Source: Candidatus Burarchaeum sp.
GTDB lineage: Archaea > Micrarchaeota > Micrarchaeia > Burarchaeales > Burarchaeaceae
Assembly: GCA_030646255.1 (NCBI GenBank)
Contig: JAUSNF010000056.1
Coordinates: 1-54,764 of the forward strand
Direction of reading: 5' to 3'
DNA: 54,764 nt
Positions 16,556-25,265 of this stretch are shown piece by piece. A program made the position numbers and the translations under genes. Each line of letters starts with the position of its first letter. The stretch's first letter is position 1. Under the pieces are notes generated by a model that was given only the letters and a program-made list of their open reading frames with translations, was not told the DNA's origin and did not search any database.

Positions 16556-16768
16556 CTAGGCCCTCAGCAGCTCGTTGAACTCATCCGAGTTCACGGTGCG
16601 CCAGACGGACATGTGCGAAACGCCCAGCCACTTCGCAATCTCGCGAAGGCTGGCGCTCTCGCTCAGCCAGATTTGCTTCAGTTCCAGCAGCTTCTCGCCC
16701 CTCAGCTTCGAAGGGCGCCCCCTAGGCGATTCAGAATTAGCAGTCCGTATAAAGGAAATTCCTTTCCG
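16556..16768 (-). pseudogene. HTH paralogue, copy 2, with no ATG/GTG/TTG upstream of the HTH
   Basis: My minus-strand translation is ..NSESPRGRPSKLRGEKLLELKQIWLSESASLREIAKWLGVSHMSVWRTVNSDEFNELLRA*. It is open between TAG 16769-71 and TAG 16556-58. The only in-frame Met lies inside the recognition helix. It is either degraded or expressed unconventionally. Confidence 0.4.
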
Positions 16769-16796
16769 CTACTTCCGAACACCCCCTGTTTGAATT

Positions 16797-16873
16797 CATT
16801 CTCTCACTCCGCACGTTTCCGTGCAATTGTAATTACGAGTTCCCGATTTTTAAAGTTATGTAACGAAAAGGCG
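16797..16873 (-). repeat. conserved upstream segment, copy 2 (TTTCGTTACATAACTTTAAAAATCG ... GTGCGGAGTGAGAGAATG)
   Basis: Same order and orientation as 13781-13863. It overlaps the stop codon of the decarboxylase-like gene. Confidence 0.6.
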
Positions 16874-18169
16874 CGTCACATCCTCGAGCGTCTGCCTTCT
16901 TGCTATCAGGTGTATTTCATCATTCTTAACCAGCCAGGCAGAGGGCCTGAGCTTTCCAAGGTAATTTGATCCCGACATTGAATATCCGTATGCACCTGCA
17001 AATAGCACCATGATGGGGTCGCCCGGTGCCAGTGAAGACGGGAACTTAGCTTCACCAAGTACATCTGCGCGCAGCGTGCTGTAACCCCGGACTATTGAAT
17101 CTAACGCAAGTTCTTCATCGAGTTTTTCTACTGCAACTATTGGGTGGTTTATCCCATAAATCCAGTAGCGGCTGAACTGGGTGCATGAAGCGTCGACATT
17201 CACTACCTGTCTGTCCTTCCGACCCTTCACATCCACAACCCTTGTCAGCAGAACTCCTGCCTTTGCGAATATGCTCCTGCCTGGCTCAATCGCCAGCTCG
17301 GTGCCTGCTGAGCAGATGTTCTTCAGGAGTTCTAACCTGCCTCTAATTTCCATGCCGTAGCTAACGAAGTCAAAATCAGACTGGGAACCGCCGTAATCTA
17401 TTCCAAATCCGCCACCAATATTTATCGTCTTGAGCCTCTTCCGGAATTCTGCGGGTATTGTTTTTATGAATTCGATGAAATGATCAACTATCTTGAGGTT
17501 CTCGCGGTAGTCAAGAATATTGGTGCCGGGGTAGATGTGAAGCCCGGTTATAATCACGCAATTTTTTTCCGCTTGCCTGATGCTTTCCGCAACATCCTGC
17601 ACAGGAATGCCTATAGTGCTCTCAGCCCCTATTGCGGGAACGCGCGTGCCTGGCGGCGGTTCGATGTCAAGCTGCACCCGCAGGCCGCATTCCCTCCCGC
17701 CTTCTAATGCAAACGTATCTAGCTGGCCGCGAGAATCCAGATTCACGTATATTTTTTGTCTGGCCAGAACTGCAAGGTCTTCCGACGGTATGCCCGAAGA
17801 GGTTACTATGATGCGTTCAGGCTTCAGCATCAGTTGCTCGGGTTTCGAATGCGCATAGGCCATGAGAATGTTAACCTCGTCCAAAGTATTGCACAGAATT
17901 CCCCCGTTTGCTATCAGCTTATCGCATTCTGCCACCAGGGGCGGAAGCCCTACGGTAAAAAGCGGAACGTACATGCGCGTGCCATCGGGCATCGCCCTAT
18001 TGATGAACTTCACTTGCTCGGCAATGGTGTTCAGGTCATGGCAGTAAGTAGGTGTCGTCATTCTGCCCTCTATTTTTGCCGAATTTTCCAACACTTCCTT
18101 GTAGTGCTTCAGAATGAATGGAGGAATGCAACGTTCAGCAACTGGCCTGGCAGTATGGTTCTTTATCAT
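16856..18169 (-). CDS. fold-type III (Orn/DAP/Arg decarboxylase-like) protein with atypical active-site residues
   Basis: TPTYCHD.., GLHIYPGTN, NIGGGFGI, EPGRSI and AGAYGYSMSGSNY follow the group IV decarboxylase pattern. ATG 18169 lies 6 nt after GGAGGTG, and the track's GTG 18178 is part of that SD. Confidence 0.8.
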   Translation of the reverse strand: MIKNHTARPVAERCIPPFILKHYKEVLENSAKIEGRMTTPTYCHDLNTIAEQVKFINRAMPDGTRMYVPLFTVGLPPLVAECDKLIANGGILCNTLDEVNILMAYAHSKPEQLMLKPERIIVTSSGIPSEDLAVLARQKIYVNLDSRGQLDTFALEGGRECGLRVQLDIEPPPGTRVPAIGAESTIGIPVQDVAESIRQAEKNCVIITGLHIYPGTNILDYRENLKIVDHFIEFIKTIPAEFRKRLKTINIGGGFGIDYGGSQSDFDFVSYGMEIRGRLELLKNICSAGTELAIEPGRSIFAKAGVLLTRVVDVKGRKDRQVVNVDASCTQFSRYWIYGINHPIVAVEKLDEELALDSIVRGYSTLRADVLGEAKFPSSLAPGDPIMVLFAGAYGYSMSGSNYLGKLRPSAWLVKNDEIHLIARRQTLEDVTRLFVT

Positions 18170-18267
18170 CTCATCCACCTCCCGCCAGCATTAGCCCATT
18201 TTCAGAAAATAAACATATGTAGAGAAAAGTTTGACAAAAGAAAAAGAATTTAAAGAAATACTTTCAT

Positions 18268-19263
18268 ATGACAACTATGGTCGAAGTGCAAGGGCAGGGG
18301 CTCGACGTGAAGGATAGGTGGCTCCTTTACGCACTGGATAGGAACGCGCGCCAGCCGCTCGCGGCGCTCGGCAGGGCTGCGAAGGTGTCAAAGCAGGTAG
18401 CTGCCTACCGGCTGCAGGGCCTGATCGAGCGAGGCATAGTCAAAGGTTTCATAACTGTGCCGAACGTCTCGAAGTTCGGTTACAAGTCGCACAAACTCCT
18501 CCTGCGCTTCCAGAATCTGGGCCCTGAAAAAGAGGGCGAACTCATACGATACCTAGTGAAACATCCTGCGGTTGGATGGCTCGTGAGGTGCGTGGGGCGC
18601 TGGGATGTCGTACTTGTAGTCTGGTCCAAAAATGACCTAGACTTCGCGACATTCCTGCAGGAGCTCGAGAACAAGTATGGTGCCTACATATTGGAGCGGG
18701 ACATTTCAGTCATGCTCTCTGTGCACTATTACTTCAGGAGTTATCTCGTTGGAAGGGAAAGACGCGAAACGGATTACTTTTTGCTCGAGGGCGTGCCACA
18801 GGGAGAATTCAAGACAGATGAGACCGATGTGAAGCTAGTGCAGCTGCTCTCGCAGAATGCGCGCGCCTCGCTGGCTGAGCTGGCTGAAAAGTTGGGAATG
18901 ACTGGGCCAGCCGTGAATTATCGGCTCAGGCGGCTTCTGAAGGAAGGCGCTATTCTTGGCTTCAGGCCGAGCCTCAACCTGCCCGTGCTGGGCTACCAAT
19001 ATTACAAAGTTTTTTTCAGGATGCAGAACCTGACCGCAAAGCGGGAGATCGAGCTTTTCCGCTACTTCGGCCAGCACCCGAACATAACCTATGCCACGCG
19101 GTCTATAGGTGCGTCGAATGTCGAGATCGAGGTTGAGATAGAAGATGCACTGAAGTTCAATGCCCTGCTGATGGACCTGCGGAAGCAGTTTGCAGATATT
19201 GTGCGGGATTACGATTCGCTGCTGATATATGAGGAGTACAAGCACGGCCACATGCCGGGCTAG
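18268..19263 (+). CDS. tandem (two-unit) Lrp/AsnC-family transcriptional regulator
   Basis: There are two HTH_AsnC modules (DRWLLYALDRNARQPLAALGRAAKVSKQVAAYRLQGLIERGIV and DVKLVQLLSQNARASLAELAEKLGMTGPAVNYRLRRLLKEGAI). Each is followed by a RAM-like domain. The gene is divergent from the cassette. Confidence 0.85.
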   Translation: MTTMVEVQGQGLDVKDRWLLYALDRNARQPLAALGRAAKVSKQVAAYRLQGLIERGIVKGFITVPNVSKFGYKSHKLLLRFQNLGPEKEGELIRYLVKHPAVGWLVRCVGRWDVVLVVWSKNDLDFATFLQELENKYGAYILERDISVMLSVHYYFRSYLVGRERRETDYFLLEGVPQGEFKTDETDVKLVQLLSQNARASLAELAEKLGMTGPAVNYRLRRLLKEGAILGFRPSLNLPVLGYQYYKVFFRMQNLTAKREIELFRYFGQHPNITYATRSIGASNVEIEVEIEDALKFNALLMDLRKQFADIVRDYDSLLIYEEYKHGHMPG

Positions 19264-19292
19264 TTATTAAATATAAACTGAGAAAACACGTT

Positions 19293-20399
19293 ATGGACCT
19301 CGAATCCCGCCTTGCGCTCATCACACGCGCCCCCACTGAAGAGGTGGTCACGCACGAGGAGCTGCGCGCGCTGCTGCAGAAGCAGGAGAATCCAATAGCC
19401 TACAATGGCTGGGAGCCTTCGGGCCTAGTACACTTGGGCACGGGACTGATGTGCGCGTACAAGATGCGCGACTTCATTGATGCGGGCGTGCGCTTCAAGG
19501 CCTACCTCTCGACCTGGCATGCCTGGCTGAACAACAAGCTGGGCGGCGACATGGAGGCCATAAAGAAGGCCGCGCAGCATTTCAAGCACGCGTGGATTGC
19601 GTGCGGCGTGCCCGAGGACAAGGTGGAGTTCGTTCTTTCCGAGGCTCTTTATGATGACATTACTTACTGGGAGAAGGTAATCAAGGTTGCAAAAGAACTA
19701 ACTGTAGCGCGAACAGTGCGCACGCTCGAGATTGCGGGAAGGGGCGAAGATTCCGAGGAGGGCCGGAAAGTTGCCGAGCTCCTTTACACGCCCATGCAGG
19801 TCGCCGACATATTCCACCTCAACATTGAATTGTGCCAGCTCGGCACAGACCAGCGCAAGGCCAACATGGTCGCGCGCGAGGTGGGCGAGAAGCTGGGCTT
19901 CTGGAAGCCTGTGTGCGTGCACCATCACCTGCTGCAGGGGCTTGCCAAGCCGCCGCAATGGCCGCTGCCCGCGGATGCGACTGAAAGAAAGCAAGTACTC
20001 TCATCTGTGAAGATGAGCAAGAGCAAGCCAGACACGTGCATTTACATCTACGATGAGCCAGCTGAGATAAAGCGCAAATTGGGCAATGCATTCTGCCCTG
20101 AGCGCGAATTGGATTTCAATCCCGTGATGGACATTGCCAAGCACATAGTCTTCCGCGAGCGCGAGGCGAGCGGCATCATAATCGAGCGGCCTGCCAAGTT
20201 CGGCGGGAACCTCGAGCTGCAGAATTTCGAGGAGCTTGCAAACGCTTACAGGGAAGGCAAGCTGCACCCAATGGACCTCAAGAACTCGGTTGCAAGCGAG
20301 CTGACTCTCATTCTAGAGCCTGTGCGCGACTACTTCGTGAAGAATAAGGAGGCGCACGAGACGCTGAAGTTCATGCAGTCGCGCAAGATTACAAGATAG
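19293..20399 (+). CDS. tyrS: tyrosyl-tRNA synthetase, archaeal type
   Basis: Collinear by eye with M. jannaschii TyrRS. Shared segments are EELRALL..IAYNGWEPSG.VHLG, YTPMQVADIFHL, QRKANMVAREV, KMSKSKP, FNPVMDIAKH, KFGGNLEL and LHPMDLKNSVASEL. A TATA (TTAAATATAAA) lies about 20 nt upstream of the ATG. Confidence 0.92.
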   Translation: MDLESRLALITRAPTEEVVTHEELRALLQKQENPIAYNGWEPSGLVHLGTGLMCAYKMRDFIDAGVRFKAYLSTWHAWLNNKLGGDMEAIKKAAQHFKHAWIACGVPEDKVEFVLSEALYDDITYWEKVIKVAKELTVARTVRTLEIAGRGEDSEEGRKVAELLYTPMQVADIFHLNIELCQLGTDQRKANMVAREVGEKLGFWKPVCVHHHLLQGLAKPPQWPLPADATERKQVLSSVKMSKSKPDTCIYIYDEPAEIKRKLGNAFCPERELDFNPVMDIAKHIVFREREASGIIIERPAKFGGNLELQNFEELANAYREGKLHPMDLKNSVASELTLILEPVRDYFVKNKEAHETLKFMQSRKITR

Positions 20400-20493
20400 G
20401 CGCGCAGGACTGTGCGGGCGCGAACTGTAACGCGCCAGGCGTGCCAGTCTGGTGCAGTCTCAGCCGATTATGCACTAGCAAATCTCCAACTGC

Positions 20494-21618
20494 CTAGCCG
20501 CTCGCCTTCGGCCTCCAACCCTTCTTCTCCATCGCATCATCGATTATCTTCCGCGAGATTTCCATCGCGGCATCGCGCGGGTATTTCTTCTCATCGCGGG
20601 CCTTCTCGAGCACGAGCTTGGTATTCTTCCTTATGGTATTCTCCACCCTCTCAAACATCTCCTCGGGCGTCCCGCCAATCATCTCAGTGTAGGACGAGAT
20701 TATGCCGCCCGCGTTCGCGACAAAGTCCGGCACAATCAGCACCTTCTTCTCATCAGCCAGCTTCTTCTCAATCTCAGGCCGAATCGGTATGTTCGCGCCC
20801 GGCACAATTATTTTGGCCTTTATGTCCTGCCAGTTGTGCTCGTCAATCGCATCAGGCCTCGCGCCCGGCACGAGCACGTCGCACTCGAGCCCAAACAGTT
20901 TTTCCTTTGCAAAATGCTCGCACTTTCCGCCCACCAGCCTAACCAAAGTCTTCCTCTTGGCCTTTTCCTTTATGAGGTGCGAAACTTCGAGGCCGCCAGG
21001 GTCATAGAGCGTGCCAGCGCGCTCGCTCACAGCAATTATCTTGGCGCCCCAGCTCGAGAGGTGCTTTGCCGTGAAAGAGCCCACATTTCCAAATCCTTCA
21101 ATCACAATGCGCGCGCCATTAATGGGAACGCCTGCAAACTCGAGCGCAACTGCAACGCTGTGCGCAACCCCAAAGCCTGTTGAGCCCAGCTCGTGCGGCA
21201 GCCCGCCCATGTCGCGCGGCTTTCCTGTCGCCGATTTCGGCGTGCCAACCTCATTGGCAAAAGCCGCCATCTCGGCCTCGCCCGTATTCATGTCAGGCCC
21301 TGCCACGTATTTGTGGGGTATGACGTCCTTTATGCCGCGCGCAAGCGCACGCAGCGCCTCCTGCCTGTCCACCTTGTACGGGTCTGCGCGTATGCCTGCC
21401 TTGGCCCCGCCGAGAGGAAGGCCTGCCATTGCATTCTTCCATGTCATGGCCCGAGCCAGCCGTGCAACTTCATCTACCGTAATGTCCGGCATGAGGCGCA
21501 CGCCGCCCTTGCCCGGCCCGAGCGCCGTATTGTCTATAACTAGGTAGCCATGAATGCCTGTCTTCGGGTCCTGCACCATCACGACTTCCTCAGGCCCGTA
21601 ATCGTCAAAGCTTACCAT
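20494..21618 (-). CDS. gdhA: Glu/Leu/Phe/Val dehydrogenase family, probably short glutamate dehydrogenase
   Basis: LGPGKGGVRLMPD, MTWKNAMAGLPLGGAKAGIRADP and the Rossmann motif IEGFGNVG are present. ATG 21618 lies 6 nt after GAGGGGGTG. Confidence 0.85.
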   Translation of the reverse strand: MVSFDDYGPEEVVMVQDPKTGIHGYLVIDNTALGPGKGGVRLMPDITVDEVARLARAMTWKNAMAGLPLGGAKAGIRADPYKVDRQEALRALARGIKDVIPHKYVAGPDMNTGEAEMAAFANEVGTPKSATGKPRDMGGLPHELGSTGFGVAHSVAVALEFAGVPINGARIVIEGFGNVGSFTAKHLSSWGAKIIAVSERAGTLYDPGGLEVSHLIKEKAKRKTLVRLVGGKCEHFAKEKLFGLECDVLVPGARPDAIDEHNWQDIKAKIIVPGANIPIRPEIEKKLADEKKVLIVPDFVANAGGIISSYTEMIGGTPEEMFERVENTIRKNTKLVLEKARDEKKYPRDAAMEISRKIIDDAMEKKGWRPKASG

Positions 21619-21744
21619 GTCGAGCACCCCCTCTAAATCAAATCATTTGCACTTTCAATTTTGAGAATGATGGAGCTAGCTTTTAAGCGTTTTGTTGGCT
21701 CCGTCCTTCCATCTTAATCTGAGCCAACACTGGGTATCTGTTTG

Positions 21745-23220
21745 CTAGCACATGAGTAGGAACATCCAAAGCGGAAGGTAGAGAATATCTTCCTTCAACT
21801 CCAGCGTATTTTCTGTGACTATGACTGCCAGCTTGTAGTTCGAAGTTTCTAGGAACTCGTAAATGCCTCTTATGTCCGTCGGTGTCTTACGGAATTTTAT
21901 CTCTACAGGGAGCTTAATTGAATGGCGCGGCAGGTCAAGAATAAAGTCCACATCGCCGCGTTTACCACGGAAGCAGAATATATGGCCTGGCGCAGATGAA
22001 TTAAGTTTGTATGCGAGCCGCATAAGGTGGTCGTAGGAAACAGTTTCTGCAATATGCCCTAAATCTATGCGCTCCATTGGCGCATCCAGCAGACCCATCT
22101 GCGCATTTCTGAGCCCAATATCTCCGAAATATATTTTTGGGTGCTTCGTGCTTCCGAGTTTAGAGCCACTATGGACTTGCACCAGAGAAATTATTCCAAG
22201 GGATGCAAGATAATCGATGTATTTGTTGACTGTCATGGAGTTCGAGCCTGAAATTCGCTTCAGCAACGCACTTGCGTTCAGCTCCTCTCCTGAAATGGAT
22301 GCAAGTAGATATAGGAGTTTTTCGGCCGTAGAAAAATCACGTATACCGAACCATGGCATAAGGTCCTTGACTATAACGTCGTTTGCATAGCTGCGCAGAA
22401 GCTTTTGGCACGTTGAAACGTCCGCCGTTGTTATTATCTCTGGATATCCTCCCTTAGAAAAATAGTGTATCAGACCTGCCGTCAGTTCAGTTTCCATAGT
22501 TGCCATTTCCATATACTTTTCCTTTGCGTAGCCGAAAAAACCACCAAAAGATTTTTTTACAAGTGCCTCTTCGAATTTTGCCCGCAGACCATAGCTGAAT
22601 GTTGTGAGTCGAACAAGATCGAGTTTGCCGCCATATGTCGTCTGTCTGAGACTCAACGCATCAGCAAACTTTAACGGATACATGCAAAACAGTTCATGAC
22701 GTCCGGGTAGTGTTTCCTTACTCTTTTGAGATATGATGAAACTAGCAGAACCTGTAGCCAGAATATGTAGGTGCTTGTTGGCTGCAAGCAATGCTTTAAC
22801 GTGCTCGGCCCAGTCCTCGACTCGTTGCACTTCATCAAGGAACAAATATATATCGTTCTGCGTCGTGTTAAGGTCTTCCAGCAGAACGTATTTCTGATAT
22901 ACTGAAAGAATCTCCGTGAGTAGGTTCTTCGGACATGCAAGGCGCAGTTCTACATCGTCAAGCTGAACATACAGTACTTGCTTAGGCGCAATTTTTCTTG
23001 TTTCGATCAGCTCATAAATAAGTTGCATGACCAGCGTTGTCTTGCCTATTTGTCGCGGTCCTATTAGCGTGATCGCCCTTGGTTCACCCAACTTATCGCT
23101 GACATACTTGAAATCCCTGCGTCGGAACTGCGGAACGACGATCTTGCCGCCGTTCCACCACTTGTTGAATCTTGTCGAGAGCAGCTGGACGATTTTCTTT
23201 TCAGTTTCAGCATCCGCCAT
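21745..23220 (-). CDS. AAA-superfamily ATPase of the COG1373/DUF4143 type
   Basis: Walker A LIGPRQIGKTT and Walker B YLFLDEVQ are followed by a long C-terminal domain typical of this archaeal family. GC content is visibly lower than in the neighbours. A leaderless TATA lies in the AT-rich flank. Confidence 0.85.
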   Translation of the reverse strand: MADAETEKKIVQLLSTRFNKWWNGGKIVVPQFRRRDFKYVSDKLGEPRAITLIGPRQIGKTTLVMQLIYELIETRKIAPKQVLYVQLDDVELRLACPKNLLTEILSVYQKYVLLEDLNTTQNDIYLFLDEVQRVEDWAEHVKALLAANKHLHILATGSASFIISQKSKETLPGRHELFCMYPLKFADALSLRQTTYGGKLDLVRLTTFSYGLRAKFEEALVKKSFGGFFGYAKEKYMEMATMETELTAGLIHYFSKGGYPEIITTADVSTCQKLLRSYANDVIVKDLMPWFGIRDFSTAEKLLYLLASISGEELNASALLKRISGSNSMTVNKYIDYLASLGIISLVQVHSGSKLGSTKHPKIYFGDIGLRNAQMGLLDAPMERIDLGHIAETVSYDHLMRLAYKLNSSAPGHIFCFRGKRGDVDFILDLPRHSIKLPVEIKFRKTPTDIRGIYEFLETSNYKLAVIVTENTLELKEDILYLPLWMFLLMC

Positions 23221-23231
23221 GAACCCACAAA

Positions 23232-23360
23232 CTTAATTATGAGTATATATATTTATAAACTTATCTATTATTATAAGTTAATAATTTTGTATTAATATAT
23301 GTATTTATATTATATGAAATACTCACATTTATATATGTTCGTAGTTTAACTTTATTCATG
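23232..23360. other. extremely AT-rich intergenic tract with short direct and inverted repeats
   Basis: The sequence is cttaattatgagtatatatatttataaacttatctattattataagttaataattttgtattaatatatgtatttatattatatga.. It contains TATATATGT twice and the imperfect inverted repeat ATAAACTTAT/ATAAGTTAAT. It includes the AAA-ATPase promoter. Confidence 0.7.
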
Positions 23361-23434
23361 CTACTTTTCCCTAACCTCGTAAATTCAGTTGTTTTTAGGG
23401 GCATACTTACAATTGCCAGACCTCCAACGCCCGG

Positions 23435-24046
23435 CTAGCCCGTGCCCCATACCTTGATTATCGCACCCTGCGTCTTATTCAGCAGCACATTCAGCGTGCT
23501 GTTGTCTGAGGCAGACTTCCAGTCCACGAGCCACACGTTGTAATGGGTGGGCTCCTCGGGCGGATAGCCCGCGCTCTCGTCGTAGAACTTCGCGGTCGGC
23601 ACGGCATCCGGGTGTGCCAGGACATAGCTGCTCACCTGCTCCGCGCCAGGCCGCGTGTGGCTGGCTATGACTGCCTCTTCCTCGAAGAAGAGCAGGCACT
23701 TGTCGGGCGTCAGGTTTATGCAGACCTCGCACGTGCCCAGCTGCTTTCCCTTAGTTATCTCTTCTGCGCGCACAGCATAGCCGAACTCCGGGTAAGTATA
23801 GTATGCGTGCAGGCGCGTGGGGCATGCGGTGCCATAGTCGAACGTTACCCGCGCCTTGATATTCCAGTTCGCACCCTCCTTCTGCGCCGATATTATCTCG
23901 TGCAGCGTGCCCGGGTACTTGGCCTCCAGGTCATCGTTCACGAACCGCTGGGCCTCGTCCTTGCTGGGCACTGCCTTGGGTGCGAAGACTATGAAGCCCA
24001 GTATAATGACGAGGACCAGGAGCAGGGCCGGAATAACCTTGTTCAT
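23435..24046 (-). CDS. N-terminally anchored extracytoplasmic hypothetical protein
   Basis: A single N-terminal TM/signal anchor (VIPALLLVLVIILGFIVFA) is followed by a Cys-containing soluble domain. Confidence 0.6.
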   Translation of the reverse strand: MNKVIPALLLVLVIILGFIVFAPKAVPSKDEAQRFVNDDLEAKYPGTLHEIISAQKEGANWNIKARVTFDYGTACPTRLHAYYTYPEFGYAVRAEEITKGKQLGTCEVCINLTPDKCLLFFEEEAVIASHTRPGAEQVSSYVLAHPDAVPTAKFYDESAGYPPEEPTHYNVWLVDWKSASDNSTLNVLLNKTQGAIIKVWGTG

Positions 24047-24117
24047 TTCAAATCAACCGAAACCATTACTTGACCAAAAGCTATTAATTAAGCTATATAA
24101 AAAGGTTTGCAGACGTA

Positions 24118-24564
24118 ATGGGCCTATTCCGGCCCTTTGTGCCGAGCGATAACATGACCCTGCCATTGTTCCTCCGCGTGTTCCTGCTTTCATGCGCAGC
24201 CTCGCTCATGGCATATGTGCTCTTTCCAATGCCTTTGCTCGACCTGTCCAAGCTGCTCGCACTCTCGCTTGCATTAACTATGCTAGTGCCGCTTGCCTAC
24301 CCGCACATACGCGGCGTGAGGCGCGGGGATTCTGTGGACGTCGTGAACGAGCCGCAGCGCGCGATGCTGCCCCTGCAGATTCCCTTCCTTCATTTCGGCG
24401 GCACGCACCTCTCGCTCGATGACGGCAGGATTGGCTCGCGCATACGCATCTCAATGCCCGACGGCACATGGCGCGAGGCCGTCATAGTCTCGTACTCCGG
24501 CTTCCTTTCTCCTGCGCGCGTGCAGCTTCTTCAGACCGCCGAATTCAGCATGAGCATCCTCTGA
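24118..24564 (+). CDS. hypothetical membrane protein
   Basis: Two N-terminal hydrophobic segments are followed by a soluble C-terminal domain. The start is uncertain (ATG 24118 or 24154). Confidence 0.5.
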   Translation: MGLFRPFVPSDNMTLPLFLRVFLLSCAASLMAYVLFPMPLLDLSKLLALSLALTMLVPLAYPHIRGVRRGDSVDVVNEPQRAMLPLQIPFLHFGGTHLSLDDGRIGSRIRISMPDGTWREAVIVSYSGFLSPARVQLLQTAEFSMSIL

Positions 24565-24607
24565 ACTGCATATTGATTTCTGGCAAGCATTTCTGGAAAG
24601 TGATTGA

Positions 24608-25210
24608 ATGGACAAAGACGAAATAAAAGACATACTCATATCTGTGCTCGCCCTCTCGCTTGCATTCACCGTGGCGCGGCTTGACGGGATTTTCGGCATT
24701 GTGCGCGGCGCATCGCTCACGCTGGCAGATGGCGCGCTGCTCTTCCTGGTTTCGCTTTTCACGCTCGGCATAGGCTTTGTGCTGCACGAGATGGCGCACA
24801 AGTATATGGCCATCAGGTACGGCTCGTGGGCAGCCTACCGCGCCTGGCCGATGGGCCTCATGCTCGCGCTCGGAGGCTCGCTCTTCGGCGTGGTCTTTGC
24901 AGCGCCCGGCGCCACCTACATCTACACGCCCTACATGGGCAGGCGCGAGAGCGGCATAATCTCGCTAGTGGGCCCGCTCACCAACGTCGCGCTCGCCTTT
25001 GCCTTCCTCCTCGCAGCCCCGCTAATCCTCCTCGCCCTGCCGCCCCTGGTCGCGGAAATGCTTATCGCGCAGGGCATCGGCATAAACCTCTGGCTGGCGC
25101 TCTTCAACATGCTTCCCATTGGCCCGCTCGACGGAAAGAAGGTGCTGGACTGGAGCCTGCCCATCTGGGCCGTAGTGGCGGGCGGAATATTTGCGCTGCT
25201 GTTTCTCTAG
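24608..25210 (+). CDS. site-2 protease family (M50) intramembrane zinc metalloprotease, short form
   Basis: HEMAHKYMA (HExxH) lies in a TM helix, and NMLPIGPLDGKKV is the NxxPxxxLDG motif. There are about 6 TM segments. Confidence 0.85.
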   Translation: MDKDEIKDILISVLALSLAFTVARLDGIFGIVRGASLTLADGALLFLVSLFTLGIGFVLHEMAHKYMAIRYGSWAAYRAWPMGLMLALGGSLFGVVFAAPGATYIYTPYMGRRESGIISLVGPLTNVALAFAFLLAAPLILLALPPLVAEMLIAQGIGINLWLALFNMLPIGPLDGKKVLDWSLPIWAVVAGGIFALLFL

Positions 25211-25265
25211 CCTTCGCGCAGCAATCGGTGGCTATTTAAATCAGTATGACTAAGTATGACTAGGT

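Noticed and set aside
20400-20493. Possible ncRNA or terminator between convergent tyrS and gdh
   Set aside because: There is no oligo-T run, no stable hairpin and no recognisable RNA motif in the 94-bp spacer.
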